From assembly GCA_951406725.2 (NCBI GenBank), contig OX597823.1, positions 90,086,001-90,150,000 of the forward strand: 64,000 nt of DNA, given 5' to 3'. Below the pieces are notes generated by a model. It saw nothing but the letters and a program-made list of their open reading frames with translations, was not told the origin of the DNA and searched no databases. Positions 26,231 to 39,749 of this stretch are shown one piece after another. Each line of letters begins with the position of its first letter. The stretch's first letter is position 1. Made by a program: the position numbers and the translations under genes. This DNA is from Octopus vulgaris (taxonomy: Eukaryota).

Positions 26231-26721
26231 GAGTAAAAAAAATAGAAATAAAAATAAAAAAGTAAACAAAGAAAATAAAGGCAGGGAAAAGTGAGAGAAA
26301 ATTCACAGCTTCAATGCTCTTCTCTTTTGCACTTCCTGTATGGATGGTAAGCCAGAGATCATTGTTAAATTATTATTATCATTAATAAGTGGCAAGCTGG
26401 TAGAATTGTTAGTACGCTGGGTGAAATGTTAAGCAGTATTTCATCTGCTGTTATGTTCTGAGTTCAAATTCTACCGAGGTTGACTTTGATTTTCATCCTT
26501 TCAGGGTCGATTAAGTAAGTACCAGTTTCGCACTGGGGTCGATGTAATTGACTTAATCCCTTTGTTTGTCCCCTCTATGTTTAGCCCCCAGTGGGCAATA
26601 AAGAAATAAATTATTATTATTATTATTATTATTGCCTTTCTGTCCTTTATATTATAGCAAGCAGCTAGATGAACATGAACAAGCTGAGTTGCAGAGTCAG
26701 AATTGGCAGATGAAGTTCAAT
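25999..26721. repeat. Near-perfect ~190-200-bp inverted duplication
   Basis: 25999-26198 is the reverse complement of 26532-26721, apart from a 10-bp indel and a few substitutions. Confidence 0.95.
26388..26610 (+). mobile_element. tRNA-derived SINE, third family
   Basis: ggcaagctggtagaattgttag..gagttcaaattc..tttcatcctttcagggtcga..gtaccagt. Other copies at about 29577-29788(+), 53465-53670(-), 54960-55145(+). Confidence 0.8.
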
Positions 26722-27589
26722 GATCTTGTAACAAAGACCAACAGCATCCTTGGAGACCAGGGATGGTTCTCTGATATATCATGATAATTTGGAACCATTC
26801 TATGCCAAGGTACTTTTTAAAAAATTTTTGTTGCACCTGTTTTTGCTTCGTAACTTATCTGTTATTTTGGACATTGATGTAACACCTGGATACAGGTGTG
26901 GCTGTGTAGTTGGAAAATTTACGTTTGAAATTATGTTGTTCCACTTTCAATCTGGGTGTGCAGCACCTCAGACGTGTGTCTTCCACCATAGTCTATGGTC
27001 AACCAAAGTTTTCATATTTTAAGCTCAAACCTGGCCCAGGTCATCTTTGCCTTCTGTCAATCCAGTCAATAAAAACACCTCTTTTACTCTTTTACTTGTT
27101 TCAGTTATTTGACTGTGGCCATGCTGGAGCACTACCTTTAGTCGAGCAAATCGACCCCAGGGCTTATTCTTTGTAAGCCTAGTACTTATTCTATCGGTCT
27201 CTTTCACCGAACCACTAAGTTACGGGGATGTAAACACACCAGCATCAGTTGTCAAGTGATGTTGGGGGGACAAACACAGACACACAAACACACACACACA
27301 CATATATACATATACATATATACGACGAGCGTCTTTCAGTTACTGTTTACCAAATCCACTCACAAGGTTTTGGTCGACCTGAGGCTATAGCAGAAGATAC
27401 TTGTCCAAGGTGCCATGCAATGGGACTGAACCTGGAACCATGTGGTTGGTAAGCAAGCTACTTACCACACAGTGACTCCTGCACCTGTTCAATTTACTTG
27501 TGCATATTCCTCAAAGTCCCAATATGTGTGCCCTTGGATATATTAGAGATTGTTATTGTTGAGAGCAGAAGCATGGGAGATTCATTGGG

Positions 27590-28720
27590 GAATTGGATAA
27601 TATTTTAACATATTTGCTTCAGCACTTTACAATCTGGATTCATATTCCACCAAGGTCAACTTTACATCACAATTTTCTCTGTGACATTACAATTTTCTTT
27701 CACACACTGCCTTGCATTCCGAAATACCTCAGTTCTTTGGTCCTCACGTCACTGGACATTGGCAAACTTCTTTTCCACTTCACTCTTGGCTATGTATACC
27801 TGCCACCCAGCCTCCCTTTTGGCTACCTGGTACAGTTCCCTGCTACCCCCACCCTTCCAGGCTTTCCAAGCCTGTTTCTTTGCTCTAATGGCTTTGTCTA
27901 CCATACTATTCTACCACCACATAACTCTAGGTCTGGAAGGGACTTTGCATAAACCACAGATTTAGTCTGTGGTACTTAGCAAGCTGTCACGTAGGAATTT
28001 CCAGCTACCTTCTATGTCCAATGTCTGTAGCTCCTCCTCCCTCTCCTGAAATTTCTTGATGAGGATGTCCCTAAATCTCTGACTATGTGAAGGGTTCTTT
28101 AGCTTATAAATCCTTTTTGGGATTGGTCTGCTTCTTGGTATCCTTCAGGCCTCCAGCCTAAAGTCACTAATGACTAGCCTATACTGGGAGGTACATTCTT
28201 CATTCGGGAGGGTCTTTGTATTTAAAAGCAACCCTGCGTCCCGCTGTGTGGTGAGGATGAAATCAATCTGGATAGCAGAGTCCCCTGATTGAATGGTTAT
28301 CAGATGGCTGTCTGGCTTCCTGAAGTTAGTGTTGCAGATTAAAAGGTTACAAGCATCACAGAACTCCAGTAGCCTAGTTCCCTCATTGTTCCAGGCGCCA
28401 ATACCATGGCCACCATGTACCCCACTGAAGATACCAGATTCCTGCCCGACATGCCCATTAAAATCTCCAGCCACAAAGATGAGGTCATTGCCACTCGTCT
28501 TTGAGGTAGCCTGTAGAAGGTTATCATAAAAGTGGTCCTTCTGATCATTTGGTAGCCCCGCATGTGGGGTGTAGGCAGAGATAATTGTAGCCGTGCTGTT
28601 CTGCAGGACTAGCCTGTCTTAAGCACTCTATCGTATACCCTAACAACCTCTATGATTTTATCCACCCATTTCTCTGCAAGGAGTATGCCTACATCCCCTA
28701 CGCCATCCATGTCACCTTGC
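27590..28720 (-). mobile_element. RTE LINE APE endonuclease region
   Basis: GVGIL, ISAYTP, AGDFNGHVG, NNEGTRLLEFC, NTNF, QIDFIL, QYRLVISD. Confidence 0.9.
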
Positions 28721-28759
28721 CAGAAGACTTTATACCTTTATATATATATATATATATAT

Positions 28760-28950
28760 AGTAAATCCAAACATGAAAATGCAATAACACAAGGATGTGG
28801 AACAAATATAGTGTTATTAGACGCTCAGGAAAGGAAAGAAAGAAGGAGGATTTAATGTTTTGAGCGGAGCTCTTCGTCAGAAACATAGAAAAAAGAAAAC
28901 TCCAAGGAAGGGAAGATGGAGGAAAAAAATCGTCAACGATACACACGCGA
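28760..28950 (-). mobile_element. PLE pLTR-like fragment with degenerate hammerhead
   Basis: Minus strand: gttt CTGACGA agagc-tcc-gctc aAAAC aTT aaat. Sits next to (TA)n. Confidence 0.6.
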
Positions 28951-30899
28951 TCATATATTGAATATATGTATATGTTTGTGTGTCTGTGTTTTTCCACCCA
29001 CCATTGCTTGACAAAAGATGTTGGTATATTTATGTCCCCGTAACTTAGCAATTTGACAAAAGAAACTGATAGAATAAGCACTAGACTTACAAAGAATAAG
29101 TTCTGGGGTTGATTTGTTCGACTAAAGGCTGTTCTCCAGGCTTGCCACAGTCAAATGATTGAAACAAGTAAAAGAGTAAAAGAATTAATTTATATTCCAG
29201 ACACAAGCTTAATAACAACGAATTTATTTCATTAAATTCCTCATTATTTTCAAAATTAAAGGCAGCATATTTCAACAGAAAATGTTTAACAAACGGGCTA
29301 ACGACATTAAATGGATGAGGGATAAATCTGTTCCTGGATAAGAACACAGGCTGCACTATAATTAATTCTGTGTAATCTGATACCTAATCTCAACAATTAG
29401 AAGAACTGAGACAGGTTGACTGAATAATATTCACCAAAACGTTTCTAAAGAGATTTGAACTTCTGACCCACATATTTCCAGTGGAATGCATAACTGTGGG
29501 TCTGGTGATTTATATCAACTTGACTGATTCACTCGATCCCATGTAAAATATAGGTAAACATGGAATCTCCTATTAGGGCGGTGAACTGGCAGAATTGTTA
29601 GCATGCCAGATGAAATGCTTAGCAGTAATTTATTTGTCTTTACGTTCTGAGTTCAAATTCTGTTGAGGTTGACTTTGTCTTTCACCTTTCAGGGTTGATA
29701 ATATAAGTACAGTTGAACACTGTGGCTGATGTAATCAACTCATCTCCTGTCCTGAAATTGCTGGCTTTCAGACGAAATTTGAAACCAATTCTTTTATTCT
29801 TTTAGTTATTCCAATCATTTAACTGTGGCCATGCTGGAACACCGCCTTTAGTTGAGTAAATCAACCCTAGGACTTATTCTATCGGTCTCTATTGCTGAAC
29901 TACTAAGCTACAGGGATGTAAACACACCAACATCGGTTGTCAAGTGATATTGGTGGGACAAACACAGACACAAACACACATACACACACACACATACGAC
30001 GGGCTTCTTTCAGTTTCCGTCTACCAAATCCACTCACAAGGTTTTGGTCAGCCTGAGGCTATAGCAGAAGACATTTGCTCAAGGTGCCATGCGGTGGGAC
30101 TGAACCTGAAACCATATGGTTGAGAAGCAAGCTACTTACCACACAGCCACTCCTGCACCTAGAAAAACAAAGCCAAAACCCATTTTCCATTATAGATAAT
30201 TATGTAACTATTTTTATTTTGTTATAGAATTGTACATGACAAAACTCAAAACGTTCATGTTACTAAATTTTTTGAAATTTTTCATAAAAGAGAGAATGTT
30301 TCACACTGTGGACAAAAGCTGCATCTGCATTCAAATCTGAAACCACCCATTGGTAAAGTTTTTAAAATGCTATCTGCAAAACGAGCAAAGTGAATGAATA
30401 AATAAAAAGAAATAATAAAAAAAACAGTTTTAAGACTGAAACGGTAATTTAATCTACTTCTCAGTAAAATTAAAGATTCATTATTATTCTTCTCAGCACA
30501 GATGTTCTGTTACTCGCTTCACCAGGTTCTTATGTACTCAAAATTCACCCACTGGTATTAAAAGAGGTTCCCCTACCCATTTCTTTATAGAATATGATGC
30601 CATTAAGAAACCAAACAAAAATGTTATGTAACAGGATATATTTGTGTTATTCACTGGATAAATTGACTCCTCCCTGAGATAATTGTTACAGACATAGCAG
30701 ACAGTCTCAGATGTTGACAAGAAATTTTAACTCTGAGCTGCAGAAATTGGCCAATAACTGATCCTTTTTTTAAACAGAAATAAAGGTGAATACATCCTTA
30801 CCATATCTCTGTTGAAATACACTGACTTTGTTTCAATTAATTTTGAGAATAACGAAGATGTTTTTAAATTAATGTTAATCATTATTAATCTCTGGCATC

Positions 30900-31258
30900 C
30901 GTTGCTAGTGGAACTCTAAGAGTACCATACGAGTGAGATTGTTGCCAGAGCAACAAGCTGGCCTTCGTGCCGATGGCACGTTAAGCACACCATTCGAGAG
31001 CTGGACTGGCTCCTGTGTAGGTGGCACATAAAAAGCACCATTTGGGCATGGTCGTTGCCAGTACCACCAAACTGGACCTCGTGCCGGTGGCACATAAAAG
31101 CACCCAATACATTCTTAAGAGTGGTTGGTGTTAGGAAGGGCATCCAGCTGTAGAAACTCTGCCAGATCAGATTGGAGTCTGGTTCGCCAGACCTCAGTCA
31201 AACCGTCCACCCCATGCTAGCAGGGAAAGCGGACATTGAATGATGATGATGATGATGA
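30900..31258 (+). mobile_element. RTE 3'UTR/tail fragment
   Basis: ggttgg.gttaggaagggcatccagctgtagaaac...(gat)n. Similar fragments at 31410-31640, 35185-35520, 38120-38365, 41305-41450, 50705-51240, 56215-56390, 61030-61360, 62012-62215. Confidence 0.85.
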
Positions 31259-31324
31259 ATCTGGTGTTTGGAACATAAATCCACATGAAATTTTGAGGAA
31301 AGGTTTCCATTTAGATAACTTTAA

Positions 31325-31771
31325 CCCTTGTCATACCATATATCTGTTGAATTACAATGCATTTCTTTCAATTGATTTTGAAATTAGTGAAGAATTTAGT
31401 AAAATAACTTCCGTGCCGGTGGCACGTAAAGAGCACCATCCAATCGTGTCTGTTGCCAGCCTCCTCTGGCCCGTGCTGGTGGCACGTAAAAAGCACCCAC
31501 TACACTCTTTGAGTGGTTGGTGTTAGGAAGGGCAGCCAGCTGTAGAAACACTGCCAGATCAGACTGGAGCCTGGTGCAATCTCCTGGTTTCCCAGACCCC
31601 GCATGGAAAACAGATGTTAAACGGTGATGGTGGTGGTGGTGGTGCTGCTGCTGTTTGGAAGAGAAATTACAGTGTAAGTTCAGTTGATGGTTTTTAATTT
31701 AAATCATTTTTAAAACAGAAGTTTGTGTCATGGAACCAGGCATGGTCTCAGGCTGGTTGGAACCAAAAGGG
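31325..31771. mobile_element. piggyBac-type MITE interrupted by an RTE tail
   Basis: TTAA|CCCTT ... AAGGG|TTAA. Internal sequence shared with the copies at 49582 and 53347. Confidence 0.75.
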
Positions 31772-33381
31772 TTAATTATATAGTTACAGAACTCCAAAAC
31801 CTCAAGCAATTAAAGTTGAAATCTTCAAAGTATTGAATGTGCTAATTAGAGTTACAAAATACCCCACAGCCTCACTTCCAATCACTGTGTCATTAGAGAA
31901 GCTTTTTTTAAAAAAAATCCATCAATTAGGAACGTTCAGTCATGTTTTGCTCTACCGACTGACAGAATGTTTTCTTAGAATAGAATTCAGTTGTTTAGGT
32001 CTCATAACAAAATCTTGTCTAGTTTTTATACAGGCTGTGTGGTAAGTAGCTTGCTTACCAACCACATGGTTCCGCGTTCAGTCCCTCTGCGTGGCACCTT
32101 GGGCGAGTGTCTTCTACTATAGCCTCCGACCAGCCAAAGTGTGAGTGGATTTGGTAGACGGAAACTGAAAGAAGCCCGTCGTATATATGTATATATATAT
32201 ATATATGTGTGTATATGTGTCTTTGCGTGTCTGTGCTTGTTCATCCCCCAACATCGCTTGACAACCGATGCTGGTGTGTTTACGTCCCCGTAACTTAGCG
32301 GTTCGGCAAAGAGCCCAATAGAATAAGTACTAGGCTTACAAAGAATAAGTCCTGGGGTCGATTTCCTCGACTAAAGGCGGTGCTCCAGCATGGCCACAGT
32401 CAAATGACTGAAACAAGTAAAAAGAAAAAATAATGAAAAAAAAGAAGACAACACTGTCCTCTTCGATGTAACTTTTCAAGTAGTTTATACTGGAGAAATA
32501 TATGCTGTGGGATTGAACCTGGGACCCCTTTGATTGCAAAACAAGCTTCTTAACCACTCGGTTATATCTATGTCAGCCCTAATTAACCAACTGAATGATG
32601 CAGGACAACTTAATTATCATGACTCACGCTTTTACTCTCCCCAAACTTCCTCTAAAAACGACACAGTCTTGTCTATATTTCTCTTTTTCTCTTTTTTTCC
32701 TTTCTTTCTTTTCCTCTCATTCTTACTTTCTTCCCTCATTTCTTTCTTCCTTTCCTTCTTTCTCTCATCATAAATTATATACAATTGACGTTTGCTGTTT
32801 CTATTATTTAATTTTGTTTTTATTGTTTTCTTTTTCTCTTACCAACTCTGAACCCACCACCACCTTTTTTTGTGTGCTTTTGGGCCTTCTTTCCTTTTTT
32901 GTTGTTTTTCTAAATATATTTATTTCATTTTTTTACAAAAAAAAAAAAAAAAAGCAAAGAAAATGTTGTTGCAAGCAGGGAGGATAAAATTTCTGCATTG
33001 TAATGTTTATATATTTAGTTCATACAGTGTGCGTGTGTGTCTGTGCGGGCGTGTGCACGCGTGTGTATGGTTATGCATTTATATATACATATGCATGGAC
33101 CAACATACATATGTATGTATATCAGTATCTGAATGTATGTACATATATATGTGTACATGTACACACACACACACACACACGCACACGCACACACACACAC
33201 ACACACACACATACATCTTCCTCTCTTTATCTATGTATATATATATATGTATATATATGATATAAATAATATATATATTATTTAGTATATTATATATATA
33301 ATATAAATAATATATATATATATATATAATATGAGATAATATATATGATATATAATATATATATGTATATGTGTGCGTGCG

Positions 33382-33418
<37 letters not shown>

Positions 33419-33460
33419 GTGTGTGTGTATATATATATATATATATAATATATATGTATA

Positions 33461-33511
<51 letters not shown>

Positions 33512-36059
33512 GTATATCTTCTGAATATCAGAGCAGTGTGAATGAATGCATTTTCCTAAAAGAGATCTTAAATTACCATTCTATGTGTCCTGCTGAAAGA
33601 ATAACATGTTCTTGAAATATTTTCTTAGCTTCAGAATGGTTTACTGACTCAGTTCAGTTCATTAACAAGGACTAACCCGACATGGCTTTTCCCACACACG
33701 CAGTCACCAGCCACTGTCCCCACTGGAAACACATTAAAATATAATTCATTGTGTGTGTTCTTTAACCCTTTTGCGACCATATTTGCACCCCCTCCTGTTT
33801 CCTTCACTCCCCACCCACCAAACCGATACGCATCACTGAACATGCCTCCACCCATGTGTCCTATTCACTAAGTGCACCTCTGTCCTTATATGTAATCATG
33901 TTCTGTAACTTAGTGGCTCAGCAAAAGAGACTGACAGAGTAAGTACCTGACTTTAAAAAATAAAGAATAAGCACTGGGTTCGATTTGTTCAGCTAAAATC
34001 CTTTAAGGCAGTGCTCCTGCATGGCCATAGTCTAATGACTGAAACAAGTAAAAAACGAAGAGAAAAGATGTTCTCTTTTCTCAAACTTAAAAACTGTCAC
34101 ACTGTTTCTGTTTCTCTTTCCCTCTTCTCACTTTCATATTCACCTTGTACCCTGAGGGCATGCTCTCCCTATCTCTTTCCAGCTTGGGTAGCCATGTATC
34201 TCTTCAGCTAGACACCTGCTCCTTTCCTTCAATCATACTTCAATGTCTCATCACCTGGCACAGAACCATCTCCCTCAATACTATATCCTCCCACACTCAA
34301 CCAAAGGGGTCTTTGTCTTTCAAGTTACTGGGTGACCCTCACTGGTGCTGGTGCCACATAAAGATGCACCCAGTACACACTGTAAAGTGGTTGGTGTTAG
34401 GAAGGGCATCCAGCCATAGAAACATTGCCAAAGCAGACATTGAAACTTCGTCTTTGGACAGCCTTCACAGTAGCCGATGTGGACAGCACTCATGAGGAAT
34501 GAGGTGAACTCGTTTGTCAGAGCCAGCTCAACCCAAGTACAAGTAGTGGTACACCGTTCTGTCCATGAGAGAATTGAAAATAAACATTAAATATTACTCT
34601 TTTACTTGTTTCAGTCATTTGATTGTGGCCATGCTGGAGCACCTCCTTTAGTCGAGCAAATCGATCACAGGACTTATTCTTTGTAAGCCTAGTACTTATT
34701 CTATCAGCCCCTTTTGCTGAACTGCCAAGTTATGGGGACCTAAACACACCAGCATCAGTTGTCAAGCGATGTTGGGGGAACAAACACAGACACACAAACA
34801 CACACACACATATATATACATATATACGACGGGCTTCTTTCAGTTTCCGTCTACCAAATCCACTCACAAGGCTTTGGTTGGCCTGAGGCTATAGTAGAAG
34901 ACACTTGCCCAAGGTGCTACACAGTGGGACTGAACCCAGAACCATGTGGTCGGTAAGCAAGCTACTTACCACACAGCCCCTCAAATTGATGATAATTTCT
35001 GTAGAAATATGCTGCTTTTGTTTCACCTGGCTTGTAACTCATTCTGTCCATACTCACCCTTACAATGTACAACAGCCTTAGACAGGTCTTCTATACACAA
35101 CCCACCCTATCACCTTTTCTCAATAACCTCACTGCCATCACTAATATCTTACCTTTCTCTTTCAGTTACAGGGGTCACTTCAATATCATCATCATCATCA
35201 TTTAACGCATGGGTTGAACAGTTCGACCTGGGTCTGGGAAGCCAGGAGGCTGCACCAGGCTCCTGTCTGATCTGGCAGAGTTCCTACAGCTGGATGCCCT
35301 TCCTAACACCAACCACTCCATGAGTGTAGTGGGTGCTTTTTATGTGCCACTGGCACAGGTGCCAGGGGAGGCTGGCAACGGCCACGATCGGCTGGTGCTT
35401 TTTACGTGCCACCAGCACGGAAGCCAGTCAAGGCAGTGCTGGCGTCGGCCATGTACTGATGGTGCTTTTTACGTGCCACCAGCACAAGTGCCAGGGGAGG
35501 TTGGAAACGACCTGCTGTGCTTGAGGAGACCTATTGAGTCAAGTACATCACCATCAACAGTTTTGCAAATTACAAGGTGATCTTTACTTGTGCTGGTGCT
35601 ACAGTAAAATGCATCTCCAGCACATTCTGGTAAGCGGGTTGGCATTAAGAAGGTCATCGTCCAGCCGTAGAAACTATGCCAAAGCAGATAGTGGAGCATG
35701 ATGCAGCTGTCTGACTTGTCTAATGATTCTAGCCAAGCCAGCATGGAAGCTGGATGTTAAGTGATGTTGAAATTGATAATGATGGTGGTGGTGGCGGCGG
35801 CGGTAGTGGTGGTGGTGGTGAGGTGGTGGTGGTGGTGAGGATGTTGATGTTGATGATGATGATGATGGTGATGATGAACTTTATCATTATTAAATTGGTG
35901 TTTGGAACATGAATTAACATGAAATTTCAATGGAAGGTTTTAATTCAAATCACTTTAAGACAGGAAGTTTGTGTCAGAATCAAGCTCAGTCTCAAGTGGG
36001 TTGGTATCAAAAAGATATAATTGTGTATAGGAGGTGTGCATGTGCGTGTGTGTGTGTGG

Positions 36060-36562
36060 GAGAGAGAGAGAAGGATAGAGAAGAGAAAGAGAGAGAGAAT
36101 AGAGAGAATAGAGAAGAGAAAGAGAGGGAGAATAGAGAAGAGAAAGAGAGAGAGAAGAGACAGAGAGAGAGAGAACAGAGAAGAGAAAGAGAGAGACAAG
36201 AGACACAGAGAGAGACAGAATGGAGAAGAGAGAGAGAGAAAGAGAGAAGAGAAAGAAAGAGAAAGAAGAGAAAGAGAGAGAGAATAGAGAAGAGAAAGAG
36301 AGAGAAATAGAGGAAAGAAAGAGAGAGAGAAGAGAGAAGAGAAAGAGAGAGAGAACAGAGAAGAGAAAGAGAGAGAGAGAGAGAATAGAGAAGAGAAAGT
36401 GAGAGAGAGAGAGAATAGAGAAGAGAAAGAGAGAGAGAGAAATAGAGAGGAGAGAGAGAAATAGAGAAGAGAGAGAGAAATAGAGAAGAGAAAGAGAGAG
36501 AATGAGAAATAGAGAAGAGAGAGAGAAATAGAGAAGAGAAAGAGAGAGAGTATAAGAGAGAC
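36060..36562. repeat. ~500-bp polypurine (GA-rich) low-complexity tract
   Basis: Direct inspection; source of the spurious R/E/K-rich and S/L/F-rich ORFs. Confidence 0.95.
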
Positions 36563-37117
36563 AGCCTGTGTGTATATATATGTGTATGTGTATATTTGTG
36601 TGTTCACATCATGTTGGGTGATTTTTGTTTTTGTAATTAATATATTGATTTGATATTTATTTATTTATTTATTTATTATGTAAAGCAGTTGTTTGGAGTG
36701 TCTTAATTTCATCCCATGCGATCAATTTGTCTGAAATGTTTAAACGAATATCTGATGTTGGAAATGTCACGGTTGACTGGTTTGATATGATACCAATCTG
36801 TTGATAAAATGTTAATGGCTTGCACATGTCTTCATTGAGATGTCTGTGGTTAAAACTCACAGCATCACACAGCTTGTATGGCCCTTACCAGTGCTTTACC
36901 ATTTCTAGAACTGAAACCCATAACTCTCACTGGCTCAGTCCACCTAGTTACAAATAGACACCATGGATAAATTCATCTCATTTCTGTAAGTAGGGGTGAC
37001 TGTGTGCCATTATCATCATTGATAGTGAAGATGCTGGCATAAAACATGAAGGAGATGTGGACCCTGCAAGCCGAAATGATGGCACTCTATTTAGGAGAGC
37101 AGAAACTCTTCATCAAT

Positions 37118-37508
37118 GTCATCATTGCCACCACCACCAGTAGTGCCACCACCCCCACCATTGCTGCTGCCACCATCACCACCACCACCATCACCAGCAC
37201 CACCACCAGTGCCACCACCACCAGTGCCACCACCAGCACCATTACTATCACCACCGCCACCACTGCCGCTACCACCACATCCATCACCAGCAGTAACAAC
37301 AGCACCACCACCACCACTACCACCGCTACCACTACCACTACCACCACTACTGCTACCACCACTGCCACTATCACTGCCGCCGCTGCCACCGACGTTGCCA
37401 CCACCACTGCCCACCACCACTGCCGCTGCCACCAGCACCAGCACCAATAGCAGAAGCAGCAGCAGTAGTACAACCACCACCACCACCACCACCACCACCA
37501 CCACTGCC
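37118..37508. repeat. Degenerate (CAC)n trinucleotide tract
   Basis: Direct inspection; open in several frames as poly-T/P/G/V. Confidence 0.9.
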
Positions 37509-37744
37509 TTACCATAGAGGAGGTATATGGCTACCCTGCATTATATAAGGGTGGGGAAGGAAGTAGAAATGGGAAGAAGAATACAGTGATCCCATGCCAT
37601 ATCGCAGTTCACCGATCGTGGTTCACCAATCACGGTTTATTATTTAAGCTTATGTCAATTCCTCCATGGTGTTATTTTGCATTTATAATAAAATAAATAT
37701 ATACAAATTATAAAGATAAAAACAATAAAAAAAATATACAGGAC

Positions 37745-37929
37745 AGTCCTGTTTCTAGTTCTATATTTCAGAGATAAGGAATTATTTACATTATCTACAT
37801 TTGATGGATATTTGTCCTCATCTTGTTTGTTGTTAACGCAACGTTTTGGCTGATATACCTTCCAGCCTTCATCAGCTATCTTGGGGAAATTTCGAACCTG
37901 GGTTCTCATTCCTAAGGTATTTTTCAATG

Positions 37930-37963
<34 letters not shown>

Positions 37964-38436
37964 TACCTTTGCACAGCTTCTAATGCTGGAGATGTACTGC
38001 AGTGTCAGCTGTTCCCTACCAGTGAACTAAGGTAACACCTCTTATTTTCCAAGCACCTTCCGGAGTATTCAGGTAGTTCCAAGCAGTGCTGTTTTCTGCA
38101 AGTGCTCCACCACCACCACCACCACCACCATCATCATCATCATTGGCGTGGCCATTGCCAGTACCACCAAACTGGCCCTTGTGCCAGTGGCACATAAAAG
38201 CACCCACTACACTCGTGGAGTGGTTAGCGTTAGGAAGGACATCCAGCTGTAGAAACTCTGCCAGATCAGATTGGAGTCTGGTTCGCCAGATCTCAATCAA
38301 ATCGTCCAACCCATGCTAGCATGGAAAGCGGACGTTAAATGGTGATGATGATGATGATGATGATACAGGTCACTGCCTGGAATCAAACTCAGAATCATGG
38401 AGTTAGTAGCTCCCCCCCTCCCGCTCTTAACCACTG
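37745..38436 (-). mobile_element. tRNA-headed hammerhead-bearing repeat, copy 1 (interrupted)
   Basis: tRNA-like head at about 38365-38436, (AAT)n, then a tail with CTGATGA (37875->37869) aggctg..cagcc aAAAC GTT. Homologous to 59680-59922. Confidence 0.7.
37963..38104 (-). mobile_element. 3' end of an RLE-type (R4/Dong-like) LINE inserted at (TAA)n
   Basis: Minus translation LQKTALLGTT*ILRKVLGK*, then a short UTR running into (TAA)n. Confidence 0.65.
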
Positions 38437-38982
38437 GTTTTACTTCGTGGAGTTTCACCTACTGTGGTGGGTTTTGGAAAGTAACACCCACGATGATTGA
38501 GGTACAGAAGGTAATGAGAAGGATGCTGAATCAAACTCTCAAGGTACAAGAAGGTAAGAGCATGAGAGAGGATTCAGAAAGTGGATCAGAATGGGCAGGA
38601 GAGAAAGGCAGCTTCATAAGAGTATCAGAAGAGAGTAACAGATGGTTAGAGAGAGGGGCAGCGAGGTGGGAATCTGACATAAGAAAGAAATTAGCAACAA
38701 TCTCAAGTATGGTTGTACATATTCTTTTATTGTTTTATTTGTTTCAGTCATTTGACTGTGGCCATGCTGGAGTACCACTTTTAGTCGAATTAGATTGACC
38801 CCAGGACTTATTCTATGTAAGGCCAGTACTTATTCTATCGATATCTTTTGCCGAACCACTAAGTTATGGAGGATGTAAACATAGCAAGCAATGGTGAGGG
38901 GGCAGGGACAAACACAGACAGATACACACAAATACACACACACACACACATACACAAACACACACATACATATATATATATA

Positions 38983-39411
38983 GTAAAAAGTTCATTATAG
39001 GCATGTATAAGATAAAATCTTATATAAAATACTATAAACAATAATAAAAAACGGAGAAGAGATCTTAAAAGTTCAAAATAGAATTTAATATCCACATACA
39101 ACCATTTCAAAGAGCAATACAAAGATGTATTACCCTATTTGTTTTACCTTCTAGAATTTTTTGTTAATACTTTTTTTTTTGATGTTTTCTTTAAATTTTT
39201 CTACACTGATGAGGATGGTGATAAATGACTTTAATTATTATTATTATTATTAATGTTCTTTCTAACACATTAGTATTGCCCTTTGAAACGGTTGTATGTG
39301 GATATTAAATTCAATTTTGAACTTTTAACAACTCTTCTCCATTTTTAAATTTTTGTTTATTGTGTTTTATATAAGATTTCATCTTATACATACCTATAAC
39401 AAACTTTTTAC
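38983..39411 (+). mobile_element. PLE pLTR fold-back with hammerhead
   Basis: Inverted arms 38983-39120 / 39273-39411 next to (TA)n. Confidence 0.75.
39200..39302 (+). ncRNA. Type I hammerhead ribozyme, canonical core
   Basis: Stem I tctaca/tgtgga. CTGATGA 39206-39212. Stem II ggatggtgata/tattgccctt (imperfect, long loop). GAAAC-ggtt-GTA 39285-39296. Confidence 0.72.
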
Positions 39412-39749
39412 TTGTTTCTTTTTATATATTTTAAAAGCTTGCTCTAGCTGGCTATCTTTTTGGATATGATGAATATTTATTAGAAATATTTCCTCTTTTT
39501 GGACTCTTCAAAAAGTTTGAATTGTTCTACTTGAACTTATTCTTTCTCACACTTATATATATACATACATATACATATATATGTATATATATATAAAAGG
39601 AAATGAAGAAAATGCTGACAAAATAATTTAAGTAATTTAAGTAATTTAATTAGGTGAAAGTTCTTTTTACCGGTTGCGCATTTGTTATGCTTATCAAAAA
39701 ATATTTTTTTAAGAGAGATAGAGTTCCTTTCTGATAGATTTTTTCCTCT

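Noticed and set aside
30470-30745. Possible minus-strand exon after ttctgcag
   Set aside because: All three frames from that acceptor hit early stops and no peptide is recognisable.
35930-36607. Charged R/E/K ORFs and a 220-aa S/L/F ORF
   Set aside because: Artefact of the GA-rich tract.
37046-37517. Gly-rich, Pro-rich and Thr-rich ORFs resembling structural proteins
   Set aside because: (CAC)n low-complexity DNA open on both strands, with no splice or domain support.
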